Below, piece by piece: positions 42,001 to 53,700 of a stretch of 64,000 bases of DNA (its first letter is position 1; each line of letters begins with the position of its first letter). The translations under genes and the position numbers were made by a program. The DNA is from Mobula hypostoma (Eukaryota). A model generated the notes under the pieces. That model ran no database searches. It saw nothing but the letters and a program-made list of their open reading frames with translations, and was not told the origin of the DNA. The stretch lies in assembly GCF_963921235.1 (NCBI RefSeq), contig NC_086108.1:1612001-1676000 (forward strand), written 5' to 3'.

Positions 42001-44579
42001 GCGGAGTCAATTCAGCGCTGTGTGATGGTTGTAGATCACAGTGCAGAGACAGTTCAGCGCTGTGCGATGGTTGTAGATCACAGTGCAGAGACAGTTCAGC
42101 GCTGTGCGATGGTTGTAGATCACAGTGCGGAGTGAGTTCAGCGTTGTGTGGTGTTGTAGATCACAGTGCGGAGTCAGTTCAGGGCTGTCCGATGGTTGTA
42201 GATCACAGTGCGGAGTCAGTTCAGCGCTGTGCGATGGTTGTAGATCACAGTGCGGAGTCAGTTCAGCGCTGTGTGATGGTTGTAGATCACAGTGCGGAGT
42301 CAGTTCAGCGCTGTGCGATGGTTGTAGATCACAGTGCGGAGTCAGTTCAGCGCTGTGCGATGGCTGTAGATCACAGTGCGGAGTCAGTTCAGCGCTGTGC
42401 GATGGTTGTAGATCACAGTGCGGAGTCAGTTCAGCGCTGTGCGATGGTTGTAGATCACAGTGCGGAGTCAGTTCAGCGCTGTGCGATGGTTGTAGATCAC
42501 AGTGCGGAGTCAGTTCAGCGCTGTGTGATGGTTGTAGATCACAGTGCGGTGTCAGTTCAGCGCTGTGCGATGGCTGTAGATCACAGCCGCAGAGTCAGTT
42601 TAGCGCTGTGCGATGGTCGTAGATCACAGCCGCAGAGTCAGTTCAGCGCTGTGCGATGGTTGTAGATCACAGTGCGGAGTCAGTTCAGCGCTGTGCGATG
42701 GTTGTAGATCACAGTGCGGAGTCAGTTCAGCGCTGTGCGATGGTTGTAGATCACAGTGCGGAGTCAGTTCAGCGCTGTGCGATGGTTGTAGATCACAGCC
42801 GCAGAGTCAGTTCAGCGCTGTGCGATGGTTGTAGATCACAGTGCGGAGTCAGTTCAGCGCTGTGCGATGGTTGTAGATCACAGTGCGGAGTCAGTTCAGC
42901 GCTGTGCGATGGTTGTAGATCACAGTGCAGAGTCAGTTCAGCGCTGTGCGATGGTTGTAGATCACAGTTTGGAGTCAGTTCAGCGCTGTGCGATGGTTGT
43001 AGATCACAGTTTGGAGTCAGTTCAGCGCTGTGCGATGGTTGTAGATCACAGCCGCAGAGTGAGTTCAGCGCAGTGCGATGTTCGTAGATCACAGTGCGGA
43101 GTCAGTTCAGCACTGTGCGATGGTTGTAGATCACAGTCGCAGAGTCAGTTCAGCGCTGTGTGATGGTTGTAGATCACAGTGTGGAGTCAGTTCAGCGCTT
43201 TGCGATGGTTGTAGATCACAGTGTGGAGTCAGTTCAGCGCTGTGCGATGGTTGTAGATCACAGTCGCAGAGTCAGTTCAGCGCTGTGCGATGGTTGTAGA
43301 TCACAGTGCAGAGTCAGTTCAGCGCTGTGCGATGGTTGTAGATCACAGTCGCAGAGTCAGTTCAGCGCTGTGTGATGGTTGTAGATCACAGTGTGGAGTC
43401 AGTTCAGCGCTGTGCGATGGTTGTAGATCACAGTGCGGAGTCAGTTCAGCGCTGTGCGATGGTTGTAGATCACAGTGCGGAGTCAGTTCAGCATTGTGCG
43501 ATGTTTGTAGATCACCGTGTGGAGTCAGTTCAGCACTGTGCGATGGTTGTAGATCACAGTCGCAGAGTTAGTTCAGCGCTGTGTGATTGTTGTAGATCAC
43601 AGTGTGGAGTCAGTTCAGCGCTGTGCGATGGTTGTAGATCACAGTGCGGAGTCAGTTCAGCGCTGTGCGATGGTTGTAGATCACAGTGCGGAGTCAGTTC
43701 AGCGCTGTGCGATGGTTGTAGATCACAGTGCGGAGTCAGTTCAGCGCTGTGCGATGGTTGTAGATCACAGTGCGGAGTCAGTTCAGCGCTGTGCGATGGT
43801 TGTAGATCACAGCCACAGAGTCAGTTCAGCGCTGTGCGATGGTTGTAGATCACAGTGCGGAGTCAGTTCAGCGCTGTGCGATGGTTGTAGATCACAGCCA
43901 CAGAGTCAGTTCAGCGCTGTGCGATGGTTGTAGATCACAGTGCAGAGTCAGTTCAGCGCTGTGCGATGGTTGTAGATCACAGTGCGGAGTCAGTTCAGCA
44001 CTGTGCAATGGTTGTAGATCACAGTGCGGAGTCAGTTCAGCGCTGTGTGATGGTTGTAGATCACAGTGCGGAGTCAGTTCAGCGCTGTGCGATGGTTGTA
44101 GATCACAGTGCGGAGTCAGTTCAGCGCTGTGCGATGGTTGTAGATCACAGTGCGGAGTCAGTTCAGCGCTGTGCGATGGTTGTAGATCACAGTGCGGAGT
44201 CAGTTCAGCGCTGTGCGATGGTTGTAGATCACAGTGCGGAGTCAGTTCAGCGCTGTGCGATGGTTGTAGATCACAGCCGCAGAGTCAGTTCAGCGCTGTG
44301 CGATGGTTGTAGATCACAGTGCAGAGTCAGTTCAGCGCTGTGCGATGGTTGTAGATCACAGTGCGGAGTCAGTTCAGCGCTGTGCGATGGTTGTAGATCA
44401 CAGTGCGGAGTCAGTTCAGCGCTGTGCGATGGTTGTAGATCACAGTGCAGAGTCAGTTCAGCGCTGTGCGATGGTTGTAGATCACAGTGCGGAGTCAGTT
44501 CAGCGCTGTGCGATGTTGTAGATCACAGTGCGGAGTCAGTTCAGCGCTGTGCGATGGTTGTAGATCACAGTGCGGAGTC
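1..44579. repeat. 42-bp tandem satellite array, about 1050 units; runs off the window start and ends at an assembly gap
   Basis: Consensus ATCACAGTGCGGAGTCAGTTCAGCGCTGTGCGATGGTTGTAG (42 nt, 23/42 GC) repeats head-to-tail with no interrupting sequence seen. A common 43-bp variant (CACAGCCGCAGAGTC or CACAGTCGCAGAGTC) and a 41-bp variant (GATGTTGTAG) occur. All units are in one orientation. Confidence 0.99.
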
Positions 44580-44779
44580 NNNNNNNNNNNNNNNNNNNNN
44601 NNNNNNNNNNNNNNNNNNNNNNNNNNNNNNNNNNNNNNNNNNNNNNNNNNNNNNNNNNNNNNNNNNNNNNNNNNNNNNNNNNNNNNNNNNNNNNNNNNNN
44701 NNNNNNNNNNNNNNNNNNNNNNNNNNNNNNNNNNNNNNNNNNNNNNNNNNNNNNNNNNNNNNNNNNNNNNNNNNNNNNN
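44580..44779. other. Assembly gap (200 N)
   Basis: Exactly 200 consecutive N. The round number is typical of a fixed-size scaffolding placeholder, so the true distance is unknown. Confidence 0.99.
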
Positions 44780-47700
44780 TGTTACTCTGACCATCGACAC
44801 TGTCTGACCTGCTGAGTTCCTCCAGCATTTTGTGTGTGTTACTCTGACCATCGACACTGTCTGACCTGCTGAGTTCCTCCAGCATTTTGTGTGTGTTACT
44901 CTGACCATCGACACTGTCTGACCTGCTGAGTTCCTCCAGCATTTTGTGTGTGTTACTCTGACCATCGACACTGTCTGACCTGCTGAGTTCCTCCAGCATT
45001 TTGTGTGTGTTACTCTGACCATCGACACTGTCTGACCTGCTGAGTTCCTCCAGCATTTTGTGTGTGTTACTCTGACCATCGACACTGTCTGACCTGCTGA
45101 GTTCCTCCAGCATTTTGTGTGTGTTACTCTGACCATCGACACTGTCTGACCTGCTGAGTTCCTCCAGCATTTTGTGTGTGTTACTCTGACCATCGACATT
45201 GTCTGACCCGCTAAGTTCCTCCAGCATTTTGTGTGTGTTACTCTGACCATCGACACGGTCTGACCCGCTGAGTTCCTCCAGCATTTTGTGTGTGTTACTC
45301 TGCAGCATCGACACTGTCTGACCCGCCGAGTTCCTCCAGCATTTTGTGTGTGTTACTCTGACCATCGACACTGTCTGATCCGCCGAGTTCCTCCAGCATT
45401 TTGTGTGTTACTCTGACCATCGACACTGTCTGATCTGCCGAGTTCCTCCAGCATTTTGTGTGTGTTACTCTGACCATCGACACTGTCTGACCTGCTGAGT
45501 TCCTCCAGCATTTTGTGTGTGTTACTCTGACCATCGACACTCTCTGACCTGCTGAGTTCCTCCAGCATTTTGTGTGTGTTACTCTGACCATCGACACTGT
45601 CTGACCTGCTGAGTTCCTCCAGCATTTTGTGTGTGTTACTCTGACCATCGACACTGTCTGACCTGCTGAGTTCCTCCAGCATTTTGTGTGTGTTACTCTG
45701 ACCATCGACACTGTCTGACCTGCTGAGTTCCTCCAGCATTTTGTGTGTGTTACTCTGACCATCGACACTGTCTGATCGGCTGAGTTCCTCCAGCATTTTG
45801 TGTGTGTTACTCTGACCATCGACACGGTCTGACCAGCTGAGGTCCTCCAGCATTTTGTGTGTGTTACTCTGTCCATAGACACTGTCCGACCTGCTGAGTT
45901 CCTCCAGCATTTTGTGTGTGTTACTCTGACCATCGACACTGTCTGACCTGCTGAGTTCCTCCAGCATTTTGTGTGTGTTACTCTGACCATCGACATTGTC
46001 TGACCCGCTAAGTTCCTCCAGCATTTTGTGTGTGTTACTCTGACCATCGACACTGTCTGACCTGCTGAGTTCCTCCAGCATTTTGTGTGTGTTACTCTGT
46101 CCATAGACACTGTCTGACCAGCAGAGGTCCTCCAGCATTTTGTGTGTGTTACTCTGACCATCGACATTGTCTGACCCGCTAAGTTCCTCCAGCATTTTGT
46201 GTGTGTTACTCTGACCATCGACACTGTCTGACCTGCTGAGTTCCTCCAGCATTTTGTGTGTGTTACTCTGACCATCGACACTGTCTGACCTGCTGAGTTC
46301 CTCCAGCATTTTGTGTGTGTTACTCTGACCATAGACACTGTCTGACCTGCTGAGTTCCTCCAGCATTTTGTGTGTGTTACTCTGACCATCGACACTGTCT
46401 GACCTGCTGAGTTCCTCCAGCATTTTGTGTGTGTTACTCTGACCATCGACATTGTCTGACCCGCTAAGTTCCTCCAGCATTTTGTGTGTGTTACTCTGAC
46501 CATCGACACTGTCTGACCTGCTGAGTTCCTCCAGCATTTTGTGTGTGTTACTCTGACCATCGACACTGTCTGACCCGCTGAGTTCCTCCAGCATTTTGTG
46601 TGTGTTACTCTGACCATCGACACGGTCTGACCCGCTGAGTTCCTCCAGCATTTTGTGTGTGTTACTCTGACCATCGACACTGTCTGACCGGCCGAGTTCC
46701 TCCAGCATTTTGTGTGTGTTACTCTGACCATCGACACGGTCTGACCCGCTGAGTTCCTCCAGCATTTTGTGTGTGTTACTCTGCGCATCGACACTGTCTG
46801 ACCCGCCGAGTTCCTCCAGCATTTTGTGTGTGTTACTCTGACCATCGACACTGTCTGATCCGCCGAGTTCCTCCAGCATTTTGTGTGTTACTCTCACCAT
46901 CGACACTGTCTGATCTGCCGAGTTCCTCCAGCATTTTGTGTGTGTTACTCTGACCATCGACACTGTCTGACCTGCTGAGTTCCTCCAGCATTTTGTGTGT
47001 GTTACTCTGACCATCGACACTACCTGACCTGCTGAGTTCCTCCAGCATTTTGTGTGTGTTACTCTGACCATCGACACTGTCTGATCGGCTGAGTTCCTCC
47101 AGCATTTGTGTGTGTTACTCTGACCATCGACACTGTCTGACCCGCTGAGTTCCTCCAGCATTTTGTGTGTGTTACTCTGACCATCGACACTGTCTGACCT
47201 GCTGAGTTCCTCCAGCATTTTGTGTGTGTTACTCTGACCATCGACACTGTCTGACCTGCTGAGTTCCTCCAGCATTTTGTGTGTGTTACTCTGACCATCG
47301 ACACTGTCTGACCTGCTGAGTTCCTCCAGCATTTTGTGTGTGTTACTCTGACCATCGACACTGTCTGACCTGCTGAGTTCCTCCAGCATTTTGTGTGTGT
47401 TACTCTGACCATCGACACTGTCTGACCTGCTGAGTTCCTCCAGCATTTTGTGTGTGTTACTCTGACCATCGACACTGTCTGACCCGCTGAGTTCCTCCAG
47501 CATTTTGTGTGTGTTACTCTGACCATCGACACGGTCTGACCCGCTGAGTTCCTCCAGCATTTTGTGTGTGTTACTCTGACCATCGACACTGTCTGACCTG
47601 CAGAGTTCCTCCAGCATTTTGTGTGTGTTACTCTGACCATCGACACTGTCTGACCCGCCGAGTTCCTCCAGCATTTTGTGTGTGTTACTCTGACCATCGA

Positions 47701-50700
47701 CACTGTCTGACCTGCTGAGTTCCTCCAGCATTTTGTGTGTGTTACTCTGACCATCGACACTCTCTGACCTGCTGAGTTCCTCCAGCATTTTGTGTGTGTT
47801 ACTCTGACCATAGACACTGTCTGACCTGCTGAGTTCCTCCAGCATTTTGTGTGTGTTACTCTGACCATCGACACTGCCTGACCTGCTGAGTTCCTCCAGC
47901 ATTTTGTGTGTGTTACTCTGACCATCGACACTGTCTGACCTGCTGAGTTCCTCCAGCATTTTGTGTGTGTTACTCTGACCATCGACACTGTCTGACCTGC
48001 TGAGTTCCTCCAGCATTTTGTGTGTGTTACTCTGACCATCGACATTGTCTGACCCGCTAAGTTCCTCCAGCATTTTGTGTGTGTTACTCTGACCATCGAC
48101 ACGGTCTGACCCGCTGAGTTCCTCCAGCATTTTGTGTGTGTTACTCTGCGCATCGACACTGTCTGACCCGCCGAGTTCCTCCAGCATTTTGTGTGTGTTA
48201 CTCTGACCATCGACACTGTCTGACCTGCTGAGTTCCTCCAGCATTTTGTGTGTGTTACTCTGACCATCGACACTGTCTGACCAGCTGAGTTCCTCCAGCA
48301 TTTTGTGTGTGTTACTCTGACCATCGACACTGTCTGACCCGCTGAGTTCCTCCAGCATTTTGTGTGTGTTACTCTGACCATCGACACTGTCTGACCTGCT
48401 GAGTTCCTCCAGCATTTTGTGTGTGTTACTCTGACCATCGACACTGTCTGACCTGCTGAGTTCCTCCAGCATTTTGTGTGTGTTACTCTGACCATCGACA
48501 CTGTCTGACCTGCTGAGTTCCTCCAGCATTTTGTGTGTGTTACTCTGACCATCGACACTGTCTGACCTGCTGAGTTCCTCCAGCATTTTGTGTGTGTTAC
48601 TCTGACCATCGACACTGTCTGACCCGCTGAGTTCCTCCAGCATTTTGTGTGTGTTACTCTGACCATCGACACTGTCTGACCTGCTGAGTTCCTCCAGCAT
48701 TTTGTGTGTGTTACTCTGACCATCGACATTGTCTGACCCGCTAAGTTCCTCCAGCATTTTGTGTGTGTTACTCTGACCATCGACACGGTCTGACCCGCTG
48801 AGTTCCTCCAGCATTTTGTGTGTGTTACTCTGCACATCGACACTGTCTGACCCGCCGAGTTCCTCCAGCATTTTGTGTGTGTTACTCTGACCATCGACAC
48901 TGTCTGACCGGCCGAGTTCCTCCAGCATTTTGTGTGTGTTACTCTGACCATCGACACGGTCTGACCCGCTGAGTTCCTCCAGCATTTTGTGTGTGTTACT
49001 CTGCGCATCGACACTGTCTGACCCGCCGAGTTCCTCCAGCATTTTGTGTGTGTTACTCTGACCATCGACACTGTCTGATCCGCCGAGTTCCTCCAGCATT
49101 TTGTGTGTTACTCTCACCATCGACACTGTTTGATCTGCCGAGTTCCTCCAGCATTTTGTGTGTGTTACTCTGACCATCGACACTGTCTGACCTGCTGAGT
49201 TCCTCCAGCATTTTGTGTGTATTACTCTGACCATCGACACTATCTGACCTGCTGAGTTCCTACAGCATTTTGTGTGTGTTACTCTGACCATCGACACTGT
49301 CTGATCGGCTGAGTTCCTCCAGCATTTTGTGTGTGTTACTCTGACCATCGACACTGTCTGACCCGCTGAGTTCCTCCAGCATTTTGTGTGTGTTACTCTG
49401 ACCATCGACACTGTCTGACCTGCTGAGTTCCTCCAGCATTTTGTGTGTGTTACTCTGACCATCGACACTGTCTGACCTGCTGAGTTCCTCCAGCATTTTG
49501 TGTGTGTTACTCTGACCATCGACACTGTCTAACCTGCTGAGTTCCTCCAGCATTTTGTGTGTGTTACTCTGACCATCGACACTGTCTGACCTGCTGAGTT
49601 CCTCCAGCATTTTGTGTGTGTTACTCTGACCATCGACACTGTCTGACCTGCTGAGTTCCTCCAGCATTTTGTGTGTGTTACTCTGACCATCGACATTGTC
49701 TGACCCGCTAAGTTCCTCCAGCATTTTGTGTGTGTTACTCTGACCATCGACACGGTCTGACCCGCTGAGTTCCTCCAGCATTTTGTGTGTGTTACTCTGC
49801 GCATCGACACTGTCTGACCCGCCGAGTTCCTCCAGCATTTTGTGTGTGTTACTCTGACCATCGACACTGTCTGACCGGCCTGTGAGTTCCTCCAGCATTT
49901 TGTGTGTGTTACTCTGACCATCGACACTGTCTGACCTGCTGAGTTCCTCCAGCATTTTGTGTGTGTTACTCTGACCATCGACACTGTCTGACCTGCTGAG
50001 TTCCTCCAGCATTTTGTGTGTGTTACTCTGACCATCGACACTGTCTGACCTGCTGAGTTCCTCCAGCATTTTGTGTGTGTTACTCTGACCATCGACACTG
50101 CCTGACCTGCTGAGTTCCTCCAGCATTTTGTGTGTGTTACTCTGACCATCGACACTGTCTGACCTGCTGAGTTCCTCCAGCATTTTGTGTGTGTTACTCT
50201 GACCATCGACACTGTCTGACCTGCTGAGTTCCTCCAGCATTTTGTGTGTGTTACTCTGACCATCGACATTGTCTGACCCGCTAAGTTCCTCCAGCATTTT
50301 GTGTGTGTTACCCTGACCATCGACACGGTCTGACCCGCTGAGTTCCTCCAGCATTTTGTGTGTGTTACTCTGCGCATCGACACTGTCGGACCCGCCGAGT
50401 TCCTCCAGCATTTTGTGTGTGTTACTCTGACCATCGACACTGTCTGACCTGCTGAGTTCCTCCAGCATTTTGTGTGTGTTACTCTGACCATAGACACTGT
50501 CTGACCAGCTGAGGTCCTCCAGCATTTTGTGTGTGTTACTCTGACCATCGACATTGTCTGACCCGCTAAGTTCCTCCAGCATTTTGTGTGTGTTACTCTG
50601 ACCATCGACACTGTCTGACCTGCTGAGTTCCTCCAGCATTTTGTGTGTGTTACTCTGACCATCGACACTGTCCGACCTGCTGAGTTCCTCCAGCATTTTG

Positions 50701-53700
50701 TGTGTATTACTCTGACCATAGACACTGTCCGACCTGCTGAGTTCCTCCAGCATTTTGTGTGTGTTACTCTGACCATCGACATTGTCTGACCGGCTGAGTT
50801 CCTCCAGCATTTTGTGTGTGTTACTCTGACCATCGACATTGTCTGACCCGCTAAGTTCCTCCAGCATTTTGTGTGTGTTACTCTGACCATCGACACTGTC
50901 TGACCTGCTGAGTTCCTCCAGCATTTTGTGTGTGTTACTCTGACCATCGACATTGTCTGACCCGCTAAGTTCCTCCAGCATTTTGTGTGTGTTACTCTGA
51001 CCATCGACACGGTCTGACCCGCTGAGTTCCTCCAGCATTTTGTGTGTGTTACTCTGCGCATCGACACTGTCTGACCCGCCGAGTTCCTCCAGCATTTTGT
51101 GTGTGTTACTCTGACCATCGACACTGTCTGACCGGCCGAGTTCCTCCAGCATTTTGTGTGTGTTACTCTGACCATCGACACGGTCTGACCCGCTGAGTTC
51201 CTCCAGCATTTTGTGTGTGTTACTCTGCGCATCGACACTGTCTGACCCGCCGAGTTCCTCCAGCATTTTGTGTGTGTTACTCTGACCATCGACACTGTCT
51301 GATCCGCCGAGTTCCTCCAGCATTTTGTGTGTTACTCTCACCATCGACACTGTTTGATCTGCCGAGTTCCTCCAGCATTTTGTGTGTGTTACTCTGACCA
51401 TCGACACTGTCTGACCTGCTGAGTTCCTCCAGCATTTTGTGTGTGTTACTCTGACCATCGACACTATCTGACCTGCTGAGTTCCTACAGCATTTTGTGTG
51501 TGTTACTCTGACCATCGACACTGTCTGATCGGCTGAGTTCCTCCGGCATTTCGTGTGTGTTACTCTGACCATCGACACTGTCTGACCCGCTGAGTTCCTC
51601 CAGCATTTTGTGTGTGTTACTCTGACCATCGACACTATCTGACCTGCTGAGTTCCTCCAGCATTTTGTGTGTGTTACTCTGACCATCGACACTGTCTGAC
51701 CTGCTGAGTTCCTCCAGCATTTTGTGTGTGTTACTCTGACCATCGACACTGTCTAACCTGCTGAGTTCCTCCAGCATTTTGTGTGTGTTACTCTGACCAT
51801 CGACACTGTCTGACCTGCTGAGTTCCTCCAGCATTTTGTGTGTGTTACTCTGACCATCGACACTGTCTGACCTGCTGAGTTCCTCCAGCATTTTGTGTGT
51901 GTTACTCTGACCATCGACATTGTCTGACCCGCTAAGTTCCTCCAGCATTTTGTGTGTGTTACTCTGACCATCGACACGGTCTGACCCGCTGAGTTCCTCC
52001 AGCATTTTGTGTGTGTTACTCTGCGCATCGACACTGTCTGACCCGCCGAGTTCCTCCAGCATTTTGTGTGTGTTACTCTGACCATCGACACTGTCTGACC
52101 GGCCGAGTTCCTCCAGCATTTTGTGTGTGTTACTCTGACCATCGACACTGTCTGACCTGCTGAGTTCCTCCAGCATTTTGTGTGTGTTACTCTGACCATC
52201 GACACTGTCTGACCTGCTGAGTTCCTCCAGCATTTTGTGTGTGTTACTCTGACCATAGACACTGTCTGACCTGCTGAGTTCCTCCAGCATTTTGTGTGTG
52301 TTACTCTGACCATCGACACTGCCTGACCTGCTGAGTTCCTCCAGCATTTTGTGTGTGTTACTCTGACCATCGACACTGTCTGACCTGCTGAGTTCCTCCA
52401 GCATTTTGTGTGTGTTACTCTGACCATCGACACTGTCTGACCTGCTGAGTTCCTCCAGCATTTTGTGTGTGTTACTCTGACCATCGACATTGTCTGACCC
52501 GCTAAGTTCCTCCAGCATTTTGTGTGTGTTACCCTGACCATCGACACGGTCTGACCCGCTGAGTTCCTCCAGCATTTTGTGTGTGTTACTCTGCGCATCG
52601 ACACTGTCTGACCCGCCGAGTTCCTCCAGCATTTTGTGTGTGTTACTCTGACCATCGACACTGTCTGATCCGCCGAGTTCCTCCAGCATTTTGTGTGTGT
52701 TACTCTGACCATCGACACTGTCTGATCTGCCGAGTTCCTCCAGCATTTTGTGTGTTACTCTGACCATCGACACTCTCTGACCTGCTGAGTTCCTCCAGCA
52801 TTTTGTGTGTGTTACTCTGACCATCGACACTCTCAGACCTGCTGTGTTCCTGCAGCATTTTGTGTGTGTTACTCTGACCATCGACACTGTCTGACCTGCC
52901 GAGTTCCTCCAGCATTTTGTGTGTGTTACTCTGACCATCGACACTGTCTGACCTGCCGAGTTCCTCCAGCATTTTGTGTGTGTTACTCTGACCATCGACA
53001 TTGTCTGACCCGCTAAGTTCCTCCAGCATTTTGTGTGTGTTACTCTGACCATCGACACGGTCTGACCCGCTGAGTTCCTCCAGCATTTTGTGTGTGTTAC
53101 TCTGCGCATCGACACTGTCTGACCCGCCGAGTTCCTCCATCATTTTGTGTGTGTTACTCTGACCATCGACACTGTCTGACCGGCTGAGTTCCTCCAGCAT
53201 TTTGTGTGTGTTACTCTGACCATCGACACTGTCTGACCTGCTGAGTTCCTCCAGCATTTTGTGTGTGTTACTCTGACCATCGACACTGTCTGACCTGCTG
53301 AGTTCCTCCAGCATTTTGTGTGTGTTACTCTGACCATAGACACTGTCTGACCTGCTGAGTTCCTCCAGCATTTTGTGTGTGTTACTCTGACCATCGACAC
53401 TGTCTGACCTGCTGAGTTCCTCCAGCATTTTGTGTGTGTTACTCTGACCATCGACACTGTCTGACCTGCTGAGTTCCTCCAGCATTTTGTGTGTGTTACT
53501 CTGACCATCGACACTGTCTGACCTGCTGAGTTCCTCCAGCATTTTGTGTGTGTTACTCTGACCATCGACATTGTCTGACCCGCTAAGTTCCTCCAGCATT
53601 TTGTGTGTGTTACTCTGACCATCGACACGGTCTGACCCGCTGAGTTCCTCCAGCATTTTGTGTGTGTTACTCTGCGCATCGACACTGTCTGACCAGCCGA

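Noticed and set aside
1..44579. Hundreds of ORFs encoding MVVDHSAESVQRCA or Cys-rich CDGCRSQCGVSSAL repeats (keratin-associated or metallothionein-like look)
   Set aside because: The unit length is a multiple of 3 with several stop-free frames. The 41- and 43-bp units shift frame constantly and stop-creating variants (GTGTAG) are freely amplified, so there is no sign of coding constraint.
44487..45371. ORFs spanning the N gap that seem to fuse the two repeats
   Set aside because: Artefact of translating through Ns.
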